Origin: Zygophlyctis sp. KS116
Taxonomy: Eukaryota; Fungi; Chytridiomycota
Assembly: GCA_054661495.1 (NCBI GenBank)
Contig: BAAFSQ010000057.1
Coordinates: 17,567-49,566, forward strand
Reading direction: 5' to 3'
Length of the DNA: 32,000 nucleotides
In this document: positions 9,220-21,175 of the stretch, piece after piece
How positions within the stretch are numbered: the stretch's first letter is position 1
Layout: each line of letters begins with the position of its first letter
Position numbers and translations under genes: made by a program
The notes under the pieces: model-generated
The model's database searches: none
Told to the model about the DNA's origin: nothing
Seen by the model: the letters and a program-made list of their open reading frames with translations, nothing else

Positions 9220-10786
9220 ATGGATGAATCTCAAACACTTTTGGGTAATACAAATTCGAGAATTAAAGGATTTAATAATAATGATAAATTTAGGCTGTTA
9301 TTTCAATGTTTTGTATCATTTCTAATTTACTTTTTTGTATCGTCTAAAGTTGTTCGTATTTCAATAATATTTTTAAATATTATACTTGCATTATTAATCA
9401 CAGAGTATGAAATTTCAATGATTGTGGGATGGGGTGCATTGATTATGGTTTTAACTCAAAATATAATATGCGCAAAGGATAGGGAATGCGAGGGAGTGGA
9501 AGAGGCGTTTAAAATAATGCTGAATGGGTATATAAATTCAAATTTAAAATTTCAGGTTTTCGAGTCAACTACCATGGTTGGTGCTATCAAGTTTCAATAT
9601 CGGACACGCAATACAGATTTCGAAATTGGGTCAAAGAATCTCTTTAAACATCTTGAAACTCGTAGGATCAAATGCATTAAGTCTTGGTTATGGGATTTTT
9701 CTATCTGAATTGATGTTGGGACCATTCATTCCATCAAATACTGCGCGTGGTGGTGGTCTAATATTGCCCATTGTCCAGCAAATGATTCAAGAGTTTGATG
9801 AAGATATGAAAAATGATTCTCTCAATGGATTTATTATTGCATGTGCAAGTATGGCTAATTTGGTTAGCTCTTCCTTTTTTATGACGGGAACAATAGCGAA
9901 TCCATTGATTTCAGCAATAGCAAAGGATTCGTTTGGTATTGATTTTGGATTTTATAATTGGTCTCTGGGGTAATTCATAATTTTTATAATTAATTATTAG
10001 AAATTTGGTTCCTGGTATGGTTCTTTTGTTTCTTTTGCCATACTTCTTCTTAATAATGTTTCATCCTGAAAATCATTCTTTAGACATACAACAAAAAATT
10101 GTCTTGAAGCTCTCTCAACTTGGTAAAGTGTCTAGAAAAGAAGTTAACCTTTCATGCATACTTGTTTTCTGTTTAGTCTTCTGGATCTTTGGTGCTGCAT
10201 TAGAAATTCCTGTAGCTTTTGTAGCAATCGTTTCGCTATTTGTTCTAGTCACAATAGATGTCATTGAATGGAAAAATGTAGTTCAAAATTCAACGGCTTG
10301 GGATTCATTTTTCTGGCTCGCACTAATGATCCAAATTTCACAACAAATCTCTGACTCTGGTCTAGCGATGAGATTTGGTGAATTTTGTGCAACAAGTATT
10401 ATATCCATGAATTTACCAAGCACTGTGGCATCTTTCTTATTGGCGGTAGTCTATTTTCTTTCAATGTATTTTTTTTCGAGCATTACAGCGTATGTTTATA
10501 ATCCCATCTTAAATGTAGACATACAGTCGTGTTCATAGCGCCTTTCTTCAATGCTGCAAAAATAATTGGATGTTCACCTTTCTTGATCACTGCTTTACTT
10601 GCATATTTTTCATCTCTGTGTGCTTGCTTAACCAATTATGGATCTGGTACTCAAGCAATGTATTTCTCTCTGGATTACATTGGTAGAAAAAAGTGGTTTC
10701 ATCTGGGATTTATGACATTCATCATTATTGTAGGGGTATATTTGGTTGTCGGTTTGATATGGTGGAAATTTCTCGGTTGGTATTGA
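9220..10786 (+). CDS. DASS family di/tricarboxylate transporter, CitT/DiT (2-oxoglutarate/malate translocator)-like
   Basis: PFIPSNTARGGGLILPI, SSSFFMTGTIANPL, AWDSFFW, YFFSSITAH, LTNYGSG, WWKFLGWY. Three short introns (9528-9555, about 9970-10001, about 10491-10518). Confidence 0.92.
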
Positions 10787-10805
10787 TTTTATTTGATCGC
10801 ATAAT

Positions 10806-13800
10806 CTATTTATATCCCTGGTTTCCCGGATTATATGGAGGCATAAAATTGGGACCTGGCCCAGAAGGCCTTGCAAATTGACTAGACATCTGAGGATTCA
10901 TAAATTGAGTCTGATTATTTACGTAGGATGGTGGAATTTGGTTTTGAAGATTCATCAGCTGTTCGGGAGATAAATTTGAATATTGGGGTGGTATGTTCCT
11001 ATATTGTCCTTGCATATTCCCTGATGCGTTCATAAGAGGATAGCCTTGACCCATTGTTTGAGGGAAACCGGCTTGATTTTGTCCCTGCATCATATTAGAT
11101 TGGTAGGAATTTGGGGCCAATTGCGTTTGCATACCTAATAAATATAAATAGAAAATAACTACCAGACATTGAGCTAGTAAATATTGAAGGTTCATTTACG
11201 TTTACGGTTCTAAATACTGCATAAGGGTCATTATTGTTAGGTGCGGTTTTATCATTTGATCCCGTGAAAGGCCTTGGGGGATTGCCAATCGAGTTATTAA
11301 CGGGAATCAACGGTGCCTGCAGTCCTGGGCGAGGGAAGTTTCCAGGTGGCATCGTAGTTGAAGTCATCGAGGTGTAAGAACCTCCTGATCCAGCTCTCAT
11401 CATGCCAACAGAATTTCCCGGCTGGTACATAGCAGGTTGATTATAGGCAGGCCCAGAAAAATTACCCGCTGTCCCAGCACTAAATGAAGAAGTCATTGAT
11501 GCATTAGAAAATGTTTGAGATAATTGAGGAGCGATCGGCTGAGTACTTATTCCATAAGAACTATTTTGTTGAAGGGGGGGTGGGTGAACCAGACCAGCCT
11601 GAGCTGCCCGCAAAGCTCTCTCGGATTGTTCTTTGATCAAAGCAGCCTGTCTAGCAGTCTCTTGGGCTTTAGCTAATGCCATTGCAGATTGTGCCTCTTC
11701 CTCCTGAGCTCGTTTGTTTTGCTCATGAATTAAAGCTGCCTTTTTTGCTTGTTCTTGAGCCTGAGCAAGATCATGTTGAGCACGTTGAAGTGCTAACTGG
11801 GCCTCTTTCTGTTGTAATTGCGTTTTTGTTAGGGCACCTTGAGGAGCGGCATTTGGAGTTGATGTTGGCCGGACCGGAATAGCTGGCGGCGGAAGGCCAC
11901 TATTATTCTGATTAGGAGAAGGCCTGATATGTTGTGATGGTACATTCGCAACCTTTTCCACGGTTTTCGATTCATTTCCAGGCACACTCCATGGATTGTG
12001 TTTGGATGATGAGTCATTTGATTTTATGCCCAATGAAGATGATATGGCATCTTCAGTAGAAGGTGGGATTGAAAATGAAGTGACATTCTTATTTGCAGTC
12101 ATAGACTTTCGCAATACTGATGGTGGTCTCTTTGAGGAACTATTACTTGCTTCTAATATTGCAGAAACATCTTTAATCGCATTGAGATCAACCGCGTTTC
12201 CGGAATGGGCTATTTCGTCATTTTTCGAAAATGATACCTTTCGATTTATTCTGTGGTTGAAGTTCCTCAAATTGTAATTTTCGAGCAAAAGCCTCATCAT
12301 TTTCAATCTGCTGCGTTTTGTGAATAATGGAATCTTCAGCTGAATTTGATGAGCGCAAGGTTGATACCTGGGAAATGAATGAAACATAAAATACCTTTCT
12401 TATCTTATCCAAATTTTGATTTTGAGCCTTCAATTCACGTGCATTAATTGTACTTGTCTCAACTGATATGTTATCCACAATAGCTCTTTTAATTCGAATA
12501 ATATCCCCTTCAGAAACTCCCAGGTCGCGCAATAATCCTCTGTCTAAACTATTGACACTTGACGAATCAAGCTTTTCTGAGCTGAATTTCTGTCCATAAG
12601 CAATGGCATCTCCAGGTGACACGCCAGCTTTCATCAGCCACTCTTTCCAATTAAATCCATTATAAGTAAAACTATTTGCCGACGGTTCAGATATCTGTAT
12701 TGCAGCGGCTTGAGCAACTATATTATCATCTACCTTTGAGGCTTTCAAAGTTTGCTGTGGGGACGGCCTGGCTGCCACCTCTCTTAATGCCACGTTTTCA
12801 TATCCAGGAATACTCCTTATATAGTCCACATCACTCGGATGAAGTTTATCAATTTGAATTGTTATTTTACCACCGGTGTCCCCCTTTCTTAAGTGAACTT
12901 TATTATCGACAACACTCACTAAGAGGGCCTTAACCTTGAATGATCCGGTTTTATCTGTCCATTCTCGGATATTAGAAGAGCCCGGATCTATAAATTATAA
13001 AAAAAGGAATATACGAGAAATTGAAGGTTCGCTTGCTAAAGGGTTTCCTTTGATATTAGTTATAAACTAAAACATACCAAGAGCTTCAGTTGATGGTCGA
13101 TTAGGAATAGCTGGAGTTATATCAGGCCTATTGGCAATCGAGCTAGCGAAATTGGGACGATTTGCTATTGAAGGAGCTGTATTCGGCTTTACAAAGGAAT
13201 GTGGTACTACTTCAGGTCTAGATGAAATTGGGTATTCTGCGATATCAGGTCTTGAATCTATACGCGGAGGAGGTATTTCGGGTCTGGAAGATATGGGTGG
13301 TGCGACAATATCTGGTCTAGAAGATATTGACTGTGGTCTCACATCAGGTCTCGAGGCTACTGGTGGTAGTAGTATTTCAGGTCTTGAGGCTACTGGTGGT
13401 GGTAGTGGGATTTCAGGTCTTGAGGCTACTGGTGGTGGTGGTGCGATGTCAGGTCTTGAGGCTACTGGTGGTGGTGGTGCGATGTCAGGTCTTGAGGCTA
13501 CTGGTGGTGGTGCGATTATAGAGCTGCTTGAAGATGGAGCAGGAGGTCTTTTGGCAATCTTAGGGGGCTCCGTATCAAACCGGGAAGACATAGAAGAGGC
13601 ACGCACAAAAGATTCAGAAGAAAGCCTTTCTTGCTCTTCTTGAATGCGCCTTTGTTCAGCTTCCTGCTGCCGTCTATCTTCTTCTTCTCTTTGCAACATT
13701 TCTTTTTCCCATCTGATACGTTGCTCTTCTAATTCTTTCCAATTCTGAATTCGCAAAGCTTCTTCTCTTTCCCGAGCATATGCCTCTTCACGATCACGAG

Positions 13801-15021
13801 CTTCTTCTATGACATTACTTTCTTTTGCTTCTGTCTCGTAATTCGTATTATGACGATCAACAGCTTCTTGGTGATCCAAAGTATTGCTCAAAGTATCTCC
13901 GAGTTTCTGTTTGGCCTAATTTAAGTTTATTCCAGTTACCTGAACATAAGACTTGGGCACAAATCCTTCTCTACCACCTTTTTTCATCGAACGAACCATC
14001 CACCAATCTGAATCCCTATCATCCAAAACAAGTAAATTTTCATTTTCTAGAATTGAGAGCTCTTCCTTATCTGCAGCACTGTAATCATATAAAGCAACAA
14101 CAATATTTGGAGTTAACTGCTGTTGTTGTGATTCCGCATTACTTTTGGGGTGTGGAACTTGAGAACCCCCTAATGTCTCTTTTTTTGGCGAATCCAGAGT
14201 TTTTGAATACTATTATTACAAAATATAAATATACTAAAGTTTGACATTGTGTTAATTGCGCCATGAGACCTTGAATATCATCTTTTTCTCCTTCATATTC
14301 CCTTGTATCTACATTTCCATCTGTTTGAGTTATATTTATTGTTAATTTTTTAGATTTTTTTTCTGAAAAAGTAATAGTGTTAATATGAAACTTGTAAAAT
14401 GGAACTTTAGACTTTTCATCATTAAAAGAGACCATATAATCCTCATCTACACCCAAATATCCCCTTTTTTTCTTCTTTTTATAGTTTTCCTAGAGTAAAA
14501 CAGAACCTTTTTACCACTACAAAATACATTAAAAGTTCTAATTTAGGATCTGATGGTATTTTTTTAGGACCTGCACTTGCAAAACCAAACCCATCCAAAG
14601 CATTTAACAATTTATTCTTCTGAGAATGAGCATCTGTAACCTCATTTTTCGTGTCCGATTCATTATTTCCAACTTTAAAGTAATTTTTAGGAGTTAATCC
14701 ATCTTCACCTGTACTATTTGTTCCCCAAAACCAATCTTGATCATCATCCAGATAAACATAAAATATTTCACCTTGTAAAATTGATAATTCATCTTGGTTG
14801 GTTGCAGTATAGTCATATAAAGCTAAAACCTCATATTTTGACTGCGCCGGTTCAATATAAGACTTTGGCACCAACCCTGACGGTGCTTCAAAAGAAGATT
14901 TAATAGACACTAGACTCCAGTCAGGGTCTGAAGCATCTATAATAGTCATTAAATCTCCAGTTGTGAGTGAGACTTCTTCCGAATTAGAAGCTTCAAAGTC
15001 ATAAATTGCAACAAAAATCAT
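10806..15021 (-). CDS. SLA1: Endocytic adaptor Sla1 (3 SH3, SHD1, SAM/SHD2, low-complexity tail)
   Basis: ATG at 15021. Two SH3 (AIYDFEA, ALYDYTA), third SH3 (ALYDYSADKEGALN...GFVPKSYVQ), SHD1 (REWTDKTGSFKVKA...VHLRK...IDKLHPSDVDYI), SHD2 (FNWKEWLMKAGV...LRDLGVSEGDIIRI). Several 25-30 nt introns. Confidence 0.93.
13110..13520 (-). repeat. Coding minisatellite in SLA1: 27-33 nt units encoding PPP(V/I)(A/S)SRP(D/E)I
   Basis: TCAGGTCTTGAGGCTACTGGTGGTGGT repeated, near-perfect between 13343 and 13513 and degenerate towards 13110. Confidence 0.92.
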
Positions 15022-15215
15022 TTCCACGCACAACGAATCGGGAAATTCACGCCTGAAACTTGCCCTTTGAATCACGGCTCTTTACCCTTCAAGGCAGAAA
15101 TCACCAGGCAGATCCGTGATCTCTGCGTACGGTAAGCAGCTTGACTATACTAAGCGATTAGTTTTTCGTGTTTAATCTAATCGGCGCTTGAGAGCCTCAA
15201 CCTTGACAAAAAAGG

Positions 15216-16120
15216 ATGCATCTTCCCATTGACATCAAGTTATTATATAAGTTATCTACATGTGTTATTGGGGGGAGTGACTTTGACCTCGTATTTAATC
15301 AGGAGAATAGTTTGGAGACTAAATGGTTTGGCAATGTTTTTGCGGATTTAAGTTTTATTTCACCTTTTGCGGCAATCAAAGAACGAGACGATTTGGATTC
15401 TTCAAACGCTTTTGAATCTTCAATAGAAAGAGCTCTACAAATTGTATTTACTCGTTTTGCTCTTCGGGAATTCTCTCAAGGTATTTTTGTAGTCAAGGCA
15501 CAAATGGGTCAAGACTGGTTCACTCCGATTCTTCAACAACCTCATTGTATTCTAAGAGAAATGTCTAAATTGCCTTGGCTGAAATCAGATACTGAAAATA
15601 ATTTAAATCTTGGGACAAGGAAAAGATCAGCAACGATTAGTACTTCTACTCCAACTTGTGAAACTTCAATCATCTTTTATTTGGGAAATAATGTAAAGGA
15701 ATTTTGTAGTGCGTTTTATTCTGTTGGACTGATTCCAGGCATTAATAGTTGGTATGTTTTTTTTTCTACAATTGTTCGTGGGGAAAAAGCAGGTGAAATT
15801 TTACAATGTCTGTTTTCCCATGATTTCCGCCATTCAAGTCACCAAGCTACATGCTTGGTTAAAGTTTGGCTTTAAGCATTCTAATTTATAGGTCTGCTGT
15901 AATGACTAGTGATCCTATTATTGAGTCGGAAGACTCAAGTTTTGAAGTTGAGGATCATACTTTTGCACTTCCCTTGGGAAAACATTTTTGTATTGATGAA
16001 TTAAAACAGCAGAATCCAATGTTGGGAATTTCATCTTCTCATGATCCCGTGGAGTCTTTTGATCCTGAACATTTATTGGATATGAACGATTTAGGATCAT
16101 TATCTGCCAGATATTTTTGA
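15216..16120 (+). CDS. Protein resembling phage Dam-type DNA N6-adenine methyltransferase with a degenerate catalytic motif and an acidic tail
   Basis: Intron 15752-15891 joins GINS-W-SAVMT. Segments VIGGSDFDL, LETKWFGNVFADLSF, GIFVVKAQMGQDWF, PHCILR and IIFYLGNNVKEFCSAFYSVGLI parallel the PF05869-type pattern (by-eye comparison). Possible 5'UTR intron at about 15132-15160. Confidence 0.65.
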
Positions 16121-16245
16121 AAGTGGTGGGGAACTGGGTTTCTCTCTTAATTTATAGCATAAATATTTTCCATGGATTTGATATCTGGAAATTGTGAAAA
16201 TGCTTTATAGCCAATTTAATGTAAAAATAATGTACTCTACATATT

Positions 16246-17942
16246 TTATTGAGTTTTTGAAAAATCAAATTCTGATTTCTCGTCTGTTAAAATATTAATA
16301 TTTGACGGTGCAAACAATTTGAATGTCCGATCATAAAGAGTAGTCGCAATGTATTTTGCGTCTCCTGAAATGTCACAGCAAGTGATTTTTCCTTCCAATC
16401 CGGTTAATGATTTCAAAGGCTTATAGTCACCGTCCGTCCATACTTTACAGGTTCCATCATATGAGCTTGACACCAAAAATGAGCCATTAAGTACTTGTCG
16501 CTTTATTTCTTGATGATTATCAGTGGACAGTATCCTTTTGTCAACCTCCATGTGAGATGTGCTTGCCCCATGGAATGAATATTCAACGTGAGGTATCCCA
16601 CTTTCAAAAGTATCTCCGGCCTTGAAATATTTTACTTGTGAGACGATGCTTTTATGAGCAGGCACGGTATATATTGATGCGATAGATCTAATATCCCAAA
16701 TTCTGATTGTATGATCTTCTGAACCAGTCGCTAAATGATGACCATTTGGACTCCAATCAAGAGATAATACATTTTTGATGTGTCCTTTTAAAGCCATAAT
16801 AGATTTACCACTTCGAAGGTCCCAAATACGTGTTAGGCAATCCATTCCACTAATCTTTACATTATAAAAAAATACCCTGTTGCCACAAGAGATCCATCAC
16901 ATTGGAAAGCAATCCCGTACAACTGCCTAGAGTGTCCTTCTTGTAAAAGTATTTCTTGTTGTGTCTCAGCATCCCAAAGCCTCCAAGTTGTGTCAAAACT
17001 AGAAGTTCCTATAAATCTACCAGAGGGATGAAATATAGCTCTTGAAACTCGCATTGGATGACCTTTTAACGATGCAATAGGAGTTTCACTAAAAATCAGA
17101 AATATAAAGTATACCAATCAAAAGACCATAAATGTGCAGTTCCATCTGATGCCCCAGACACCATATTTAATTCAGACTTTGATTGTCCTTTGGTTGAAAG
17201 CGGATGAAAGTCCAGTCCAGAAATTCTATCCGTATGCCCTCTGAACGTAAATAGCTGCTCTGATCCTGGAACAGACCACAACTTTATAAGCCCCGTCCAA
17301 GATCCAATAGCTAATAATTGAGAGTTAGGAGCAAATGAACAAAAACTTAGCGGTCTATCATCCCCAAATTGTAAAGCTTTAGTTTCAAATGTCTTCAAAT
17401 TAGAAAAAAATCAATACCTTGCAGTGATTGTACCATTCAAAACGTATTTTCTTCCTAGCTGCTAGATCAACGCCCACCTCTTTCTTTTGCGCATCAATCC
17501 GTTCTTTTGCTCTAGGCATTGAATAGTCTAATATTTGCTTTCTAGCACTTAACAATTCTGCCGATCCTATGGTATAAAACTCTTCCTGAACTGATTCGGC
17601 ATCTGATTCCTCATCTTCATCTTCTGGTAGTAAATAGATATCCTGAGGTCTTTTTGAAATTATGTCTCTTAACCGATCTCTTCTATCCATTGGCTAAAAT
17701 CAATCGTAAACAATCTTACATTCTCAGCAAAGTAAATTCTTGGTTCTCCCAATGCCTTGAGCCAAGACTTTACTTTGTAATCATCAGTCGGAATCGCCAG
17801 ACTTCTTGCATCCTTCTTTCTTTGGAACTCTTCTAATAATGCCAACTTTTCAGGATCATGCTCTAAATTTGGGTCATGAGATTCTTTATTCAGTATTGTA
17901 AAACTTACCCAATTGATCAAAGTCTATCATGTTGGCAGCCAT
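16246..17942 (-). CDS. PRP4: U4/U6 snRNP WD40 protein Prp4 (PRPF4)
   Basis: SFM domain ([19 protein letters not shown]), EEFYT.G...[47 protein letters not shown]. About five short introns (e.g. 17884-17908, 17694-17719). Start at 17942 or 17930. Confidence 0.96.
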
Positions 17943-18048
17943 TGTTTGGAACCCTTCCCACTTGTTACTGAAGATTCAACTTTCCAGACAGAATAGTAAA
18001 CGTATATAATAAAAATGAGACTTTTCTAAAAAACGAATTTATTTTACA

Positions 18049-18501
18049 TTATAAAGCCATAGAATCATCTTTTTCAATTTTTACAGAATCCATTCCGGAC
18101 GCCAAATTAGCAATCTCTTTTTGCATCACCTTTGCTCTCTTTAGCTTTATAGAAATGATATCATGTTTGTCTTTTAGTGGAGTAAAATCTTGGTAATCTT
18201 TTAAAATATCCACCAGTTCCCCAAGTTCTGTGTCCGAAAGTGCCCTTTTGCGACTTTTTGAAGGAATATTTGGTGTATTAGTACCTGGAATTGGTTCATT
18301 GGATGGATCAAATCGGACTGAATTGGGGTTCTCTATTTTGAGATTTTGGAACTGTTGCGAATCTGCCGCAGAAAATGATCGAGTTCTATTGATCACTTGT
18401 GATGATGAATGCATTTTATACTCTTTATAACTAGTTTGATTGGATTTATTAGAATCAAATTCATTAAGAGATGATTGATGATCAGAATTCATGTACGTCA
18501 T
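18049..18501 (-). CDS. Hypothetical 150-aa, probably disordered protein
   Basis: ATG-initiated ORF filling the space between PRP4 and the next gene; basic RKRALSD motif. No family recognised. Confidence 0.6.
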   Translation of the reverse strand: MTYMNSDHQSSLNEFDSNKSNQTSYKEYKMHSSSQVINRTRSFSAADSQQFQNLKIENPNSVRFDPSNEPIPGTNTPNIPSKSRKRALSDTELGELVDILKDYQDFTPLKDKHDIISIKLKRAKVMQKEIANLASGMDSVKIEKDDSMAL

Positions 18502-18533
18502 CAGGTGTTAAACTGTCATTTTTGACATTTAAA

Positions 18534-19466
18534 ATGATTATTCCTTGTGAGTTGCTAATCAATATCTTTGAAAAGGTAATTCCCAAAATCAAAAATCATT
18601 ATGGATGTATGGCCTATGATTGCCGAAATCGTTTATGTGCCTTTGACTTTTACGCTATTGTAGATCAGACACTGAAATTAAAAGGCGTAAACAAGCAATG
18701 GAAGACTGTTTTAGAAAAGTTTGTGATCAAGAAGCATTTGAAGCAATTGCTATACGTGCATGAACAAACGGTGACTTATCTTCCAAATCTACGGTTTGTG
18801 TTGCACAAGAGTGGAAACGAGCCTTTCAATGTCGGACTACATCCATTTCAATCTGAAAATGTATTATTATTACTTTAAAATCAAAAGGATGAAGTAGATA
18901 ATCCATGGGTGTATTTACTAAAGTCTATTATATTTGCACCACAATGTGCTTCCTTTCAAGAAGTTTTTATTTGTCCTGCGGATATCTCAAATTGGCTACC
19001 ACAATTGATTCAAGGAATAAAAGATTCTAAATCAAATCAAGAAAAGAGTCATGTTAAAAGATTAAGAATTGGATCCTGTGGTGATCATGAATTACCCTTT
19101 TTTGAATCTGGTTCAAGTCAATATAAATTATTGATTCAACTCCATGATACGATCAAACAAGTCTCACAAAATCCTCAAGATTTTTATCTCAAAAATCCAA
19201 TATATTGCATGGAATGTAAAAAACTAGATTTTTGTGAATGGAATCATTGTGCTCCTAAAATGGTCTTTTGTTCAATCTGTCAAGAACCTATTGATTTACA
19301 AGCTACTTGTTGTACATGTATAAATACGTGCTGTTGTTGGAAAAATCATTATGAAAATGATGTACTGCCGTTTTTAAGAGACTGTGGAGCATTCATTTGC
19401 AAATATTGTACAGTTATTCAAGGACGCCACTATTTTGTAGATTCTTGTCCAAATCGATCTGAATAA
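18534..19466 (+). CDS. F-box-like protein with Cys-rich C-terminus
   Basis: MIIPCELLINIFEKV...LKLKGVNKQWK. Intron 18861-18887 (27 nt) joins the ORFs in frame. Many CxxC pairs at the C-terminus. Confidence 0.65.
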
Positions 19467-19616
19467 GGCTGATATAGTTTATAAAAATATTTCATGATTT
19501 TACTATATAAATTTATGAGATATAAGGATGGCATTTGGACAACTAAAAAAATTAAAATATTTTCGTGGATATTTTGTTTAGATATATAAAAAACACAGAT
19601 TTTTCAAAAAACAACA

Positions 19617-19688
19617 GCTTGTATAGTATAGTGGTTATTATGGCTCGTTGTGGCCGTGCAGACGTAGGTTCGATTCCTGCTACAAGCA
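19617..19688 (+). tRNA. tRNA-His (GTG), intronless
   Basis: Acceptor stem GCTTGTA/TACAAGC, discriminator A, anticodon loop TT-GTG-GC, T arm GTAGG-TTCGATT-CCTGC. TATATAAA about 30 nt upstream. Confidence 0.93.
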
Positions 19689-19698
19689 TTTTTTTTTA
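19689..19698 (+). terminator. RNA polymerase III oligo-T terminator
   Basis: T run immediately after the tRNA discriminator base. Confidence 0.85.
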
Positions 19699-19840
19699 CT
19701 TTTTATGGAATGGTTTAGCCTATTTTTTTTTGGAAAGTTACATCTCAAGATTGATTGGTATTAAAAGGAACAAATGATAACTTTTCAAATCAGATAGAAT
19801 GCAGTTTTAGTATTTTAGGGTTCTGTCGAGTTCAAGTTGA

Positions 19841-21172
19841 ATGCGTGAGTTATCGATTGCGATATTCGGAATTGACCAGCCGTTAGCAGGGATTGGAATA
19901 TCTCTACTTCGAGAGCTTGTTCAGCAGAAATTAGAGCTGCCAATGCATGAACTAAAGATTGTTTGCATCACTGATGATGAAGGATATCAGTTTCATGTAT
20001 TTTATGAATTGCTAACTAAAGGATGGAATTATTAAATTAAATCATGCAGTTAAAAATAATATTATGATGGCTAAAGCTCCATTTTCGAATCAAAAGAATC
20101 AATATGCGGAACTTCTTGCACTCATGTACAAGAATAACAAGGAAATTATAGTTTTTGATATGATCAAGACATTGAATTTAGAGAAACTGGGACTCATGCT
20201 TGACGCTTGTTATGATCTTAATCTTCCTCTTGTATCTGCTGTTAGCCGGCCTCCTTTATTTAAAACAAGAGCATTATCTCTCATAAAGTCACGATACAAA
20301 TGCTTCTCAAAACCACCGCATGTAAAGAAATTGATTGCATGTATAAAAGAACTCTCAAAACATTTTTTACAAGAGACGGTGCCCAAGATGGTTTTATCAG
20401 AATATTCTCTTATTGAAAAAGATGTCATTGCAATCCAAAAAGAAAATCCAAATCAGGAAAGATATAAATGTCATTCAATGTCTGTAGATGAAAGAAACGT
20501 ATTTTATATATTCTTAAGAATAGGCTATTCTAGATGAGTTAATGGGGAGTCCTTTAAAGGCTTTAGAATTAATACAGGCTCGCGATTGGAAGTATGCAGT
20601 GGGAATGTCATATTTGATTGGATTAGGAACATGTCTTCCAATAGATCTTAAAGTAGAATCTGTGAATGATATTAAATTTGATCATAATTGTGGATTTGGA
20701 CAGTATTTTGGATCCCTTGAAGCTCAAAAAACGCTAATTATAGCTGCAAAAGAAGCTAATATGGAGAATTCTTTTGAAGAACTTGCTGTTTATCTAGAAT
20801 GTTTATTACAATTTCTTTGGACAAAATCTTTTAAGCTTGCAGTCTTATTTGTTGAATGCGGTGGTTTAGAACTTGTTTCGTACCGTTCTGGAGGATTATT
20901 AAATCATCCAGATGATCAGATCTCTAAATTTGCTTTAATGATCACTGCTATTCTTATTCAAATCAAGATGTATAAGAGGAGATGTGTAACATGTGGAGAT
21001 TTGGAAAAGCAGCAAGGGCAATGGGATACATGCTCAAGATGCAAGTAAGAAATTTATAAAATTTAATCTCAGAGCTGTATTATATTGTTCAATCACTTGT
21101 CAATATCATGATTGGATAAAGTGCCACTACAAATCTTGTGTCCAGCAAAGTAAAACTGCGCGTTTAATCTAA
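19841..21172 (+). CDS. MYND-type zinc-finger protein
   Basis: Introns 19997-20021, 20499-20523 and 21045-21072 join the ORFs. C-terminus CVTC...CSRCK-AVLYCSITCQYHDWIKCHYKSC is a MYND finger. TAA at 21170-21172. 5' end uncertain. Confidence 0.85.
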
Positions 21173-21175
21173 CTA

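Noticed and set aside
11676-14244. Plus-strand ORFs inside SLA1, including the 170-aa Gly-rich ORF 13131-13643
   Set aside because: Mirror frames of SLA1 coding sequence; the Gly repeats are the reverse complement of the Pro repeats.
15050-15127. Possible hairpins in the GC-rich SLA1/Dam-like spacer
   Set aside because: Short stems expected from local GC content; no recognisable RNA family motif.
15752-15891. TPP riboswitch or SECIS in the structured intron
   Set aside because: No CUGAGA TPP core, no SECIS AUGA/GA quartet in a 3' UTR, and no conserved in-frame TGA in the gene models.
19565-19777. 70-aa ORF
   Set aside because: GTG start, runs through the tRNA-His gene and its terminator.
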